Source: an uncultured delta proteobacterium
Lineage (GTDB): Bacteria; Desulfobacterota; Binatia; UBA9968
Assembly: GCA_963728565.1 (NCBI GenBank)
Contig: CAVSLC010000020.1
Location: 1-64,000, forward strand
DNA: 64,000 nucleotides
Direction: 5' to 3'
The notes beneath the pieces are model-generated. The model was not told the DNA's origin, did not search any database, and saw nothing but the letters and a program-made list of their open reading frames with translations. The translations under genes and the position numbers were made by a program. Positions 52,389 to 61,715 of this stretch are shown in pieces (the first letter of the stretch is position 1; every line of letters begins with the position of its first letter).

Positions 52389-53993
52389 GTGCAGCACTAT
52401 GACGCGATCCTCGTCGGCGCCGGCCATAACGGACTGGTTACGGCGGCTTATTTAGCCAGATCAGGTAAAAAGGTATTGGTTTTAGAGCGCCGATCCGTTA
52501 TCGGCGGTGTCGCCGCCACCGAAGAAATCTTTCCAGCTTTCAAGTGCTCTACCGGCGCTCATCTTGCCGGGTCATTTTCCCGCGAGATCAGCGCCGAACT
52601 GGAACTTCAGAAACATGGACTAAAGCTTCTCTCTCTCGGTCCACTGGTCTTCGCACCGCAATTGGACGGCGATTCGCTGCTGATTCCCCAAGATCCGGCG
52701 AAAACCGTCGAAGAAATCTCCCGATTTTCGCGCGCGGATGGCGAAAAATTTCCTTCATTCTGCTCGCTCATTGATAAACTCGCCGGCTTCCTGCGGGAGC
52801 TAAACGGGCTTCCGCTACCCGATGGCACAAGCGCCGGCAGTTTCAAGCTTTCGGAGCTGGTTAAAGTTGGTGTGAAATTTCATCGTCTCGGCAAGAAGGA
52901 GATGTATGAGTTCCTGCGCATTCTGCCCATGAGCATTGCCGACCTGCTGGGCGAATGGTTTGAGAACGAAACGCTAAAAGCAGCCATAGCCGGGAGCGCC
53001 ATTCTGAATTCTTTCGTCGGTCCGCGGGCGCAGGGAACCGCATACGTGCTTCTGCATTATTTGTCGCGATCATCCCACGCTGGCTTTCGCTGCGCCGGCT
53101 TCGTTGCCGGCGGCATCAATCAGTTGCCGCAGGCATTGGCGCGCGCGGCTAGGCAGCATGGCGCCGAAATTCGCACCGACGCCGAAGTCGCTCGTATCAT
53201 CACCCAAAATGGCGCCGCCAAGGGCGTGGTTCTCAAGAACGGCGATGACATTTCAGCAAGCGTGATCATCTCCAACGCCGATCCAAAGCGGACTCTGCTC
53301 CATCTGGTGGAACCGACCTATCTTGATCCGCACTTCTTACTGCAAGTTAAGAACATTCGCGCGCGCGGCACCGTCGCCAAAATCAATTTCGCATTGGATA
53401 CTTTGCCTCAGTTCAAGCGCAAGGCCGGTAATGCTTCGGCGGCAGAGCTAAGCGGCATCGTTCACATCGGCCCGACCGTTGAGTGTCTCGAGCGCGCCGC
53501 TGACGATGCGAAATATGGCAGATTTTCCAAGGATCCCTTTTTAGAAATAACCATCCCTTCCCTCGTCGATCCAACGCTGGCGCCGGCTGGAAAGCACGTT
53601 ATGTCGGTGTGGATGCAATCTGCGCCGTATCACCTCAAAGAAGGCAATTGGAATGATCAGAGCCAAGCGCTGGGTGACAGTGTGACCGATATAATAGAAA
53701 ACTATGCGCCCGGATTTAAAAATTCGATCTTGCACAGGCAGGTTCTAACGCCGCTGGATTTAGAACAAACATTCGGCGTTACTGGCGGTCATCTTGACCA
53801 CGCCGAACTCGCCCTCGATCAGATCTTTTTTATGCGCCCAATCCCGGGCTGGGCGGGATACCGCACGCCGATCGACAATCTCTACTTGTGTGGCTCCGGA
53901 ACGCATCCCGGCGGCGGAATCTCGGGCCTACCCGGCTATTACGCGGCAAAAAAAATCCTACAGAACTGGCCGCGACAAACCGACCGCCCTTAA
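52389..53993 (+). CDS. Second PYROXD2/phytoene desaturase-family oxidoreductase
   Basis: VGAGHNGL, TPLDLE, YRTPIDNLYLCGSGTHPGGG; tandem paralog. Confidence 0.85.
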   Translation: MQHYDAILVGAGHNGLVTAAYLARSGKKVLVLERRSVIGGVAATEEIFPAFKCSTGAHLAGSFSREISAELELQKHGLKLLSLGPLVFAPQLDGDSLLIPQDPAKTVEEISRFSRADGEKFPSFCSLIDKLAGFLRELNGLPLPDGTSAGSFKLSELVKVGVKFHRLGKKEMYEFLRILPMSIADLLGEWFENETLKAAIAGSAILNSFVGPRAQGTAYVLLHYLSRSSHAGFRCAGFVAGGINQLPQALARAARQHGAEIRTDAEVARIITQNGAAKGVVLKNGDDISASVIISNADPKRTLLHLVEPTYLDPHFLLQVKNIRARGTVAKINFALDTLPQFKRKAGNASAAELSGIVHIGPTVECLERAADDAKYGRFSKDPFLEITIPSLVDPTLAPAGKHVMSVWMQSAPYHLKEGNWNDQSQALGDSVTDIIENYAPGFKNSILHRQVLTPLDLEQTFGVTGGHLDHAELALDQIFFMRPIPGWAGYRTPIDNLYLCGSGTHPGGGISGLPGYYAAKKILQNWPRQTDRP

Positions 53994-54245
53994 AGATTCG
54001 CGCCGATACCTCCCCAGGGATAATTAGCTAGGTCGTTTTCATTTTTGACTGCCACATACATGTCGTAGGATAAATTCTTGTGGTTTTCCGCGGATGTTCG
54101 GGCACGGTCTCCTACGCAAACCGAGTGGAAATGCCATACCCGATTCTCGGTGTCGCGCATGCAACCCACTAGAACTCGATGTTTACATGTGCCGAATGAA
54201 AAACCGTAAATCGCCAGGGGTGGGAGTGACTTCAGCAGGTTAGCT

Positions 54246-54280
54246 GCTCTGAGCGGCTGGAGGCACAGCCGCTCCAGAGC
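54246..54280. repeat. Intergenic GC-rich hairpin
   Basis: GCTCTGAGCGGCTG-loop-CAGCCGCTCCAGAGC. Confidence 0.45.
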
Positions 54281-54368
54281 AATTGAGACAAGCCATACGA
54301 GCAGTAGATGGGAAGGAGTACCCTCGCCGCTCGCAGTTGTAATGGTCGTGTCTCCGGAAACGTAGGAC

Positions 54369-54405
54369 AATAAAGCCCAGGAGCTTTGATCTCCCGGGCT
54401 TTATT
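54369..54405 (-). terminator. Terminator after barrel gene 2
   Basis: AATAAAGCCCAGGAG-loop-CTCCCGGGCTTTATT. Confidence 0.65.
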
Positions 54406-54415
54406 AAAAATGAAA

Positions 54416-55894
54416 TCAGAATGTGTATCTCCAGTTCAGAAACATATCCCACCACTCCCCACCTCGTCCGGCTACACCATTGTTCCGGATATCGAGGTTC
54501 TGCTGTACCGTCGTCGTCAGATTTTTAGCGTCGTACCACAACCAGCTTGCGCCAATGCTCATTCGCGGCGCGATGAAGTACCAGAGATCCCACTCACGCA
54601 GTATGACACGATTGCGATGGTATTGGCCGCTATTGATACTAGCCGGACACCCATCACAGGACATATTGACTCTTTCAAAGTGTGTTCCGACGAGGACCGA
54701 GCCGGTCGTGGTTGCAGAACCAGTCAAGAAGCCCTTCGGGCTCCAAAGAAAGAGATCGTGACCAATCAGCCAGCTATTGGCTCGTTTTTTACCCGGTGTA
54801 GAGGTTCGACCGATCGCGCCAGCTCCGTCCTCGCTGCGCTGAAAGCTGCCCATGGCGCGCAGCCTGTAAGGGCCAATTTGCCAGCCGAACCCGGGGGTTA
54901 AAGCGATATGGAGACCCTCGCCGATGCTGTTTGCGCCGGTATCGAAAAGCGTCTGTCGGCCCGCCCTGGAGTTGTCTCGAATACGGTAACGGCTGCAGCC
55001 GTTTTCAAAGGCACGGTCGTCCACGTTACAGAACCAAGCGGCACCTTCGAAATGAAGCCCTCGTAGCCAAGTGTTCTTCAGCTGGGAGAACGGGTCGAGT
55101 CCAAGAAAGACATTGAAATCTTTGCGGTCAGTGCGGCTGCTCAAGCCATCGTCGCCCTCGGCGATGTTGGCCATCGATAATTGAAAACGGCTAATTCGTC
55201 CCGGTATCCCAATGCCGGATAAAGATCGGTCATCCCAATTTAGAACGAGTCCATTACCGGCTCGGCCTGTGTTGTTGCCGTTATTGGCAGTGTGAAGATC
55301 GTATTCCGCCTGCGAGCCCACTGCCCCGGAACCCTGGCGTACAGTGCTCGTCGATGCACCGGATATGTCCATGCCGATTGTGACTGTAGGCAGGAAAGGA
55401 TTTAAATTTTCCGCATGCCAGTGCAGAGCCGCGCGCTGCAAGATACTGCCGAAATCATCTCCTGTAGCGTTTTTACCGGTGCCGCCGCCGAACCCGTCGA
55501 GATCGATGGCCGCCTCGAGTTCCCACAAGCAGTTGTTGATGCAGTAGAAGAACGACGGTCTGAAGCGCCGGCCCTCAATCTCTCCGTTGGTACGACCTAT
55601 CGAATCTTTCCCGCTCAAAAAGTTCATGCGGAAATGCGATTCCAAACTTGCGCGAAAGGACCAAGCTTTATCTGCTGCTTCGACATTCAACCCGTTGCCC
55701 GGACGATAGCTAAAGCTCGGCATGGCGGCTGCCGCCTCGGTGGCTTCTTTCTTTAATTCGAGTTGCTGTGCTTCCAATTGCGAGAGTCTAGCCCGAAGTT
55801 CGCTAATCTCGTCATCCACGTTTTGTGCTAATACTGCTCCGCCAACGAACAAGAGGCTGAAAAACACCGTTAGCTTTAAAGCAATTTTTTCCAT
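54416..55894 (-). CDS. Outer-membrane beta-barrel/porin paralog 2
   Basis: Signal peptide AVLA-Q, coiled coil, long blocks identical to 45922..47449, C-terminal LNWRYTF. Confidence 0.7.
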   Translation of the reverse strand: MEKIALKLTVFFSLLFVGGAVLAQNVDDEISELRARLSQLEAQQLELKKEATEAAAAMPSFSYRPGNGLNVEAADKAWSFRASLESHFRMNFLSGKDSIGRTNGEIEGRRFRPSFFYCINNCLWELEAAIDLDGFGGGTGKNATGDDFGSILQRAALHWHAENLNPFLPTVTIGMDISGASTSTVRQGSGAVGSQAEYDLHTANNGNNTGRAGNGLVLNWDDRSLSGIGIPGRISRFQLSMANIAEGDDGLSSRTDRKDFNVFLGLDPFSQLKNTWLRGLHFEGAAWFCNVDDRAFENGCSRYRIRDNSRAGRQTLFDTGANSIGEGLHIALTPGFGWQIGPYRLRAMGSFQRSEDGAGAIGRTSTPGKKRANSWLIGHDLFLWSPKGFLTGSATTTGSVLVGTHFERVNMSCDGCPASINSGQYHRNRVILREWDLWYFIAPRMSIGASWLWYDAKNLTTTVQQNLDIRNNGVAGRGGEWWDMFLNWRYTF

Positions 55895-55955
55895 CTTCCC
55901 TCCTCTTACATCTATAGTCTTATCCTAGACCAGCTAAAAGTCGTATTAACATCGC

Positions 55956-56008
55956 CTTTTAGCCCCAGTATTGGTATATGTCAAGACTAAAGTTTTAAGA
56001 CTTTAGGC
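55956..56008 (-). promoter_or_regulatory. Promoter with upstream operator boxes, barrel gene 2
   Basis: Minus strand TTGACA-N17-TAAAAG; plus-strand GACTAAAGTT (55985) and GACTTTAGGC (55999) abut the -35. Confidence 0.6.
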
Positions 56009-56244
56009 CTGTTCCGGTGATTCGTTTACGGATTGCTGGAGCCTGGGGCTTTCCAGGGCTGCTTCTGGCTACTCGGTTTGTTGCGCGATTGGATGCTGTA
56101 AGAGAAAGCCTGAGACTGAAAGGCTTATTGATTACGCGACTCTAGGCGAGCTCAACAACAACTACTGAAGAGGAATTTGTGAATCAGTTAACCAACGGGC
56201 TATTGCGGTGAATCAGCATTGACTTACTAAGACTTTGGTATTAA

Positions 56245-57627
56245 ATGCCTCAGCATCAGCCTTCGAAGCTATTTATGTCTCGCATTCTGTTTATCGACAA
56301 GGAAGATCGCTCGCGAGCTCTACTGCAGTGTCGGCTCAAGGCTGACGTAAAAATTAACTTCGCCCCTTCTCTGGAAGCAGCATGGGAGAAGCTAAGCACT
56401 CGCAAGTTCGATCTGATCTTGTGGAACACAGTTAATGATCCGGCAGCAGAGATAAATCTCAGCGAGACTCTAAAGCTATTTTCAACCAAGGTTTGCGGCA
56501 GCAGGATTGTTGTCTTCAGTGACTCTGAGGCATTGCAGAGGCGGTTTCGCTGCGGCAATGTTCAAGTCGACAATCTGCCGACAAACGGAGAAGATTTACT
56601 AGCGCTAGTGCGGAGCAATCTTCCGCTCAAGGTGCCATCCGAGAGAAACAACTCCACCGCTGATAAGTTTGCCCTGCCAATAGAGTTTGAAGGGATTATA
56701 GCCGTGAGTCTGCCGATGGGAGCGGTGCTCCGGCGCGCGATCGAGGCGGCCAATGTCGATATGCCGGTTCTGATCACCGGCGAAACCGGCACAGGCAAAG
56801 ATCTTATCGCCGCAGCGATTCACAAACGAAGTCGACGCAAGGACAACCCTTACATCATTGTCAACACCGGTGCGATGTCGCCGCAGCTCATAGCCAGCGA
56901 GATCTTCGGTCACGAAAAAGGCGCGTTTACCGGGGCGGAGGACGCGCACCAGGGGATTTTCGAACAAGCTCAGGGAGGCACTGTTTTTCTCGATGAAATC
57001 GCCACTATGGACGAAAAGACTCAGGTGAGTTTGCTCCGAGTATTGGAAGAGAAAACATTTTATCGAGTCGGAGGAATCAAGAAATTCCGCGCCGACGTTC
57101 GCATCATCGCCGCCACGAACGAAGATCTGGAAAAGAAGGTCACTGAGAAACGCTTTCGCGAGGATCTCTTTTATCGGCTAAACGTTCTGCATATAAGCGT
57201 CCCGCCGTTGCGCGAGCGGCCCGGCGCCGTCACCGTGCTGACGGATCATTTTCTTTCGCACTTTGCCCCGATATTCGGAAAAGAGGTTGAGAGGGTCGCG
57301 CCGGAAACCTACCGGATGCTGCGACGCTACCGCTGGCCGGGGAACGTCCGCGAGCTTAAGAACGTTATTCAAGCAGCGCTCTTGATGCTCGATGGCAATG
57401 AACTAACACCGGAATGCATCCCGGAACGGATCCGGAATGCCGCTTTAGGAGGCGAAGAGCGTGGCGAACCGACTTGCTCATTTCGAGTCGGTACCTCGCT
57501 GCATACCGTAGAGAAGGAACTCATTCGGATGACACTCATCTTTGCCGGCGGAAACAAGAAGCTAGCGGCAAGCATTCTCGGGATCAGCCGGCGTGCTCTT
57601 TACAACAAGCTCAAGACTCATAATTAA
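56245..57627 (+). CDS. Sigma54-dependent activator with degenerate receiver domain
   Basis: [27 protein letters not shown], Fis HTH; receiver FDLILWN lacks the phospho-Asp; start may be 56275. Confidence 0.85.
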   Translation: MPQHQPSKLFMSRILFIDKEDRSRALLQCRLKADVKINFAPSLEAAWEKLSTRKFDLILWNTVNDPAAEINLSETLKLFSTKVCGSRIVVFSDSEALQRRFRCGNVQVDNLPTNGEDLLALVRSNLPLKVPSERNNSTADKFALPIEFEGIIAVSLPMGAVLRRAIEAANVDMPVLITGETGTGKDLIAAAIHKRSRRKDNPYIIVNTGAMSPQLIASEIFGHEKGAFTGAEDAHQGIFEQAQGGTVFLDEIATMDEKTQVSLLRVLEEKTFYRVGGIKKFRADVRIIAATNEDLEKKVTEKRFREDLFYRLNVLHISVPPLRERPGAVTVLTDHFLSHFAPIFGKEVERVAPETYRMLRRYRWPGNVRELKNVIQAALLMLDGNELTPECIPERIRNAALGGEERGEPTCSFRVGTSLHTVEKELIRMTLIFAGGNKKLAASILGISRRALYNKLKTHN

Positions 57628-57853
57628 TCCCGGGTGTGCAGATACTGCGCACAGGACTAATCGCCAAGAAGCCATAACATATCGGATTAAAAGACATCCT
57701 GCTCCTTCGGAATTCGCCAGAAACTCTGGTCGTGTAAAAAATCATCACACTGATTTATCTTCTATGTGTAGAAACTACCGCTTTTCGCAGATCAGCAGCC
57801 TACGGGTGGCGAAACCGGCCCGTAAGTTACCGCATACCCCCGGATTTCCGCGC

Positions 57854-57868
57854 TGGTTTCGATCTTGC
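57854..57868 (+). promoter_or_regulatory. Putative sigma54 promoter
   Basis: TGGTTTCGATCTTGC (GG-N10-GC) just upstream of the GGAGG RBS of 57895. Confidence 0.5.
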
Positions 57869-57894
57869 TCAAGAGCTTGAACCCGGAGGATTTA

Positions 57895-58317
57895 ATGAAT
57901 AGAGCCACGGCAACGATACAATCGAACCCGATCAACTCGTTCTTCGAGCCTGACATCCTTACTTCAGATCAGTATTTCAAACATTATCGCCACAAGGCAC
58001 ATTTCGATCCGGAAGAGAAACTTATGTTTGCGGTTCTGGCTGACGCAATCGAGTGCTTTCAAAAATATTATGGCGCCAACACCCACCGACGCCGCAGGCT
58101 CTTTACGGAAGCTGAAGCCTGGATCTCAACGCCAGACAACACCTGGCCCTATTCGTTTGAGAATATCTGCGAAGCATTAAATATCGATCCAAACTACCTG
58201 CGCCTGGGTTTGACGCGGTGGCGGATCCAGCACGAGGCGCAGAGAAACACCGGCTTATGCATCCGTAAGACGCTGCGCTACCAAAATACAGTAAAACAGA
58301 ATCGAGTGTGCATCTAA
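57895..58317 (+). CDS. Hypothetical protein, possibly with a C-terminal HTH-like segment
   Basis: Strong RBS; PEEKLMFAVLADAIECF...EAEAWI...FENICEALNIDPNYLR. Confidence 0.7.
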   Translation: MNRATATIQSNPINSFFEPDILTSDQYFKHYRHKAHFDPEEKLMFAVLADAIECFQKYYGANTHRRRRLFTEAEAWISTPDNTWPYSFENICEALNIDPNYLRLGLTRWRIQHEAQRNTGLCIRKTLRYQNTVKQNRVCI

Positions 58318-58444
58318 CAAAGAAAGCCGAGAGTTTCAGCGCCTCGTCGGGACTCTCCGTACGGTCTGCGCATCGTCAACTCCGGCCGGCAAATCGACGG
58401 ATGAGGCGTGAAACGGCGCTCCAAACGCTGACTAGGTAGATGGA

Positions 58445-58852
58445 ATGTCGTCGGAAACTCATGCCACCGGCATAGGCAATAAAGTTATGTTGGTGGGAAT
58501 CGACAACAACCGCGTCCTCGAGAAACGGTTACAAGCGGCAGGCTGTCAAGTGTTCAAAGTGACTGACGAAGAGGCGGCGCTCGATCACCTGCGTCATGAA
58601 ACCTTCGATAAGGCCGTTATGGTCTCGACAGGTTCTTTGATCGACACGGCTGAGATGATTTTCAGTCTGCGCGATCTCAACCGCTCGATGGAGATTATCA
58701 TTCTGGTCGACCGACCCGGCAAGCACACTAACCGACTGCTCCGCCAATTACTGCTCCATCCGATTGCCGGGACGCAAATTATGACGCGCCGGCAGCTGCA
58801 AAAAGCGTTGCACGGAACTCTACCGGCAGAGCGTGCCAGGAGAGCGCTTTGA
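58445..58852 (+). CDS. Degenerate receiver-like domain protein
   Basis: KVMLV...LQAAGCQV...EAALDHL...FDKAVMV; acidic active-site residues absent. Confidence 0.5.
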   Translation: MSSETHATGIGNKVMLVGIDNNRVLEKRLQAAGCQVFKVTDEEAALDHLRHETFDKAVMVSTGSLIDTAEMIFSLRDLNRSMEIIILVDRPGKHTNRLLRQLLLHPIAGTQIMTRRQLQKALHGTLPAERARRAL

Positions 58853-59064
58853 AAACTAATTCCTCGCTGCGAGCACGGACAGATTATGAATTTCCGCGGA
58901 GCATTAGGTTTTGCCTCACTAGATCGCAGTTTGGTACTGATGCTCATTCCAAACATTCTGTGTCTTGCCCATTTGGCGCGCGGACCTGCGCGTCGTTCGC
59001 TAAACAGTTCGTCTGTTCGACCGGCAAACCAGTCATTTTGTTAAGAGCGAGAGGAGGAAATCTT

Positions 59065-60112
59065 ATGACAACGGCGCGTGTGTTCCTGGTTAGTTGCGCG
59101 GCGCTGCTGTTGTCAGGTCAGTCGCTCGTTCACTCTCAGCAGGAACCGTTCTACCAAGGCAAAACTATCAAGGTCGTCGTTGGTTTTACCTCCGGCGGAT
59201 TTTACGATCGCTGGTCGCGATTGCTCGCCCGCTATGTGCCGAAATATCTTCCCGGCAATCCGGAGATGATCGTCCAGAATATGCCCGGCGCCGGCGGCCT
59301 GATTGCCGCCAATCACGTTTACAATGTGGCCAAGTCTGATGGTCTCACGATTGGCATGACAAATTACGGCATGTACTTGGACCAGATGGTCGGCCGCAAA
59401 GAAGTGCAGTACGACGTGCGCAAGTTTCACTGGATCGGCTCGCCGGAAAAAAAGCGAGATTCTGCTCTACATGCGCAGCGACGCGCCGTACAAATCCATC
59501 GAAGATATTCGGACGGCGAGCACGCCGCCCAAGTGCGGTTCCACCGGAACGGCCGGCACCGATTACATCCTGGCCCGCCTGCTCGAAGAAACACTCGGCG
59601 CCAAGATTGAGACCGTCCTGGGTTATCCGGGCGGGAGCGAAATCGATTTGGCGGTGGAGAAGGGCGAGGTTCAATGCCGCGGGCTTACCGCCGCGCCATT
59701 CTTCGGTCGGGAGCCGTTTATTTCCTGGCGCAAGAGAAACTTCGTCAACGTGCTGCTTTACGGCGGCTTGAAACGCGACCCGCGAATTCCCGACACGCCG
59801 ACGATTTACGAAATCTTCGACAAACTCAATACTCCAGAGGAGAGCCGGCAGGTTGCCGATGTCATCTTGCGCGGCGGCGATTTTGGCCGTCCATGGGTGA
59901 TGCCGCCGGATACGCCGACGGAGGTCGTCAAAACAATGCGCGCCGCCTACGCCAAATCCATGGCAGACAGCGCGTTATTGGACGAAGCCAAGCAAACGAA
60001 ACTGGACGTCGAGTATGTCCCGGGTGAAGAATTGCAAAAACTAGCCGAGAAGATGATGCGCCAGGCGCCGGGAGTGGTCATGCGGGTGAAGAAGCTGCTG
60101 GGTAAAAAGTAA
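59065..60112 (+). CDS. Bug/TctC substrate-binding protein, frameshifted near 59450
   Basis: GFTSGGFYD, VQNMPGAGG, GYPGG; extra A in an A7 run. Confidence 0.82.
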
Positions 60113-60148
60113 CAACCATTGGCACGAGAGAAAAGGAGGCAGACAGCT

Positions 60149-61189
60149 ATGATCCAACCATTGAGGAGCATAATCTGGGTAATGCTGGTGCTGGTTCTGT
60201 GGAGCTCGGCCGCTTTGGCGCAGACGCCGTATTACGCCGGTAAGACGATCACGATCGTTGCCGGCACCAAGGCCGGAGACGTCTATGATCTTTACGCGCG
60301 CATGTTCGCGCAGCATATGCCGAAATACATTCCGGGAACTCCCAATATCATCGTCCAAAACATGGCGGGCGCCGGTTCGATGATCGCCGCCAATTTCGTT
60401 TACAACGTGTCCAATCCGGACGGGCTAACGATCGGCGCGATATTTCCGGCGCTCTATTTTGATCAGGTCGTGCAGCGTCCGGAGGTGAAGTACGACTGGA
60501 GCAAGTTCGTTTGGCTGGGCAGCCCGGTGACATCAAATCATTTGCTCTACATGCGCGCCGATTCGCCCTATAAGACGATCCACGATGTGGTTAAAGCTTC
60601 CACCGCGCCGAAATGCGGCGCCACCGGCACCAGTTCGACCGCTTACTATGTGCCGAAGTTGCTCGACGAAGTCATCGGCACCAATTTTGAAATTGTCCTC
60701 GGCTATCAGGCGGGACAGGACATCGATCTCGCTGTTGAACGCAACGAAGTGGTCTGCCGCGCCTTCACTCTGACCGCGTTCTTCGCGCGCGAACCCTTTA
60801 CCACCTGGCGCAAGAAAAAATTCGTCAACGTGCTGGTGCAAACAGGAAGAAAGCGCGACAAGAGAATACCCGACGTTCCAACGATTTATGAATTGATGGA
60901 TCAATACAAGAGTTCACCGGCGGACCGAAGCCTGGCAACTTTGGTGCTTGCCGCCGGCGATTTCGGCCGTCCCTACGTAATGCCGCCGAACACACCGGCG
61001 GAACACGTCAAAACAATTCGCGAGGCGTTTGCGAAAACATTAAACGATGAGGAAGTCAAAGCCGACGCGGCGAAGAAGAAGCTTGAGCTTGACCCCTCGA
61101 GCGCCGACGAGCTCGAGAAGCTGGCGAAGGAAGTCACCGGCCAATCGCCCGATATCATCGCCAAGATGAAGACGCTTTTGACGAAATGA
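60149..61189 (+). CDS. Bug/TctC substrate-binding protein
   Basis: GTKAGDVYD, VQNMAGAG, PDGLTI; tandem paralog of the upstream gene. Confidence 0.85.
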   Translation: MIQPLRSIIWVMLVLVLWSSAALAQTPYYAGKTITIVAGTKAGDVYDLYARMFAQHMPKYIPGTPNIIVQNMAGAGSMIAANFVYNVSNPDGLTIGAIFPALYFDQVVQRPEVKYDWSKFVWLGSPVTSNHLLYMRADSPYKTIHDVVKASTAPKCGATGTSSTAYYVPKLLDEVIGTNFEIVLGYQAGQDIDLAVERNEVVCRAFTLTAFFAREPFTTWRKKKFVNVLVQTGRKRDKRIPDVPTIYELMDQYKSSPADRSLATLVLAAGDFGRPYVMPPNTPAEHVKTIREAFAKTLNDEEVKADAAKKKLELDPSSADELEKLAKEVTGQSPDIIAKMKTLLTK

Positions 61190-61715
61190 CCTGATTGTTG
61201 ATCCTCCGACTACGTTGTGGAGCGAAAATTTGAACACGCAAGGAATGGCTAAACGTGTGCGCATTGGCGCATACGTCCCACAACCCCGGCGCCGGTCTCG
61301 CCCGATCGTCGCATCCTAAGATATCCTGCCCAGGCGCTGCCGATTTGACTTAATCGTCGAGTCAGAGCTCAGCTCCCGGGCTTCGCAGCGCCCGCAAGCT
61401 TAAACCGGCCAATTACATTTGAGTCCTGACGGCTCCGGACTTAATGAATCGATCGCGAGTCCAAAAGGTTTGGCTAACCGAGGAAAAACTGTTTTCGGAA
61501 ACATCGGTGACTGGCATGCCGCGGATGGTGTCATTGATTTTTTCGCTAACATTCCAATGATAATGGCTAAATGGAAAATTTTTACGCCGGCGCGAGCCTC
61601 GGCCAGCTTCATCGGCTATGACTTGCCTTTCAACCAGACCCTCGGCAGACTTCCCTTGGTTGAGATAGCTAACGCAATCCAAGCAATATTTCGCATTCCG
61701 AAACGTCCAACCAGA

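Noticed and set aside
50792-53993. Carotenoid biosynthesis (crtI/crtO)
   Set aside because: No crtB/crtE/crtY nearby; motifs and GcvT linkage fit the PYROXD2-like subgroup.
59444-59456. Programmed -1 frameshift at A_AAA_AAG in the Bug gene
   Set aside because: Restoring the protein needs removal of one A (+1 shift), not -1; a homopolymer error is more likely.
61190-61715. ORFs 61400..61612, 61413..61682 and the long N-terminus of 61419..62102
   Set aside because: No motifs or convincing RBS; cannot support as coding.
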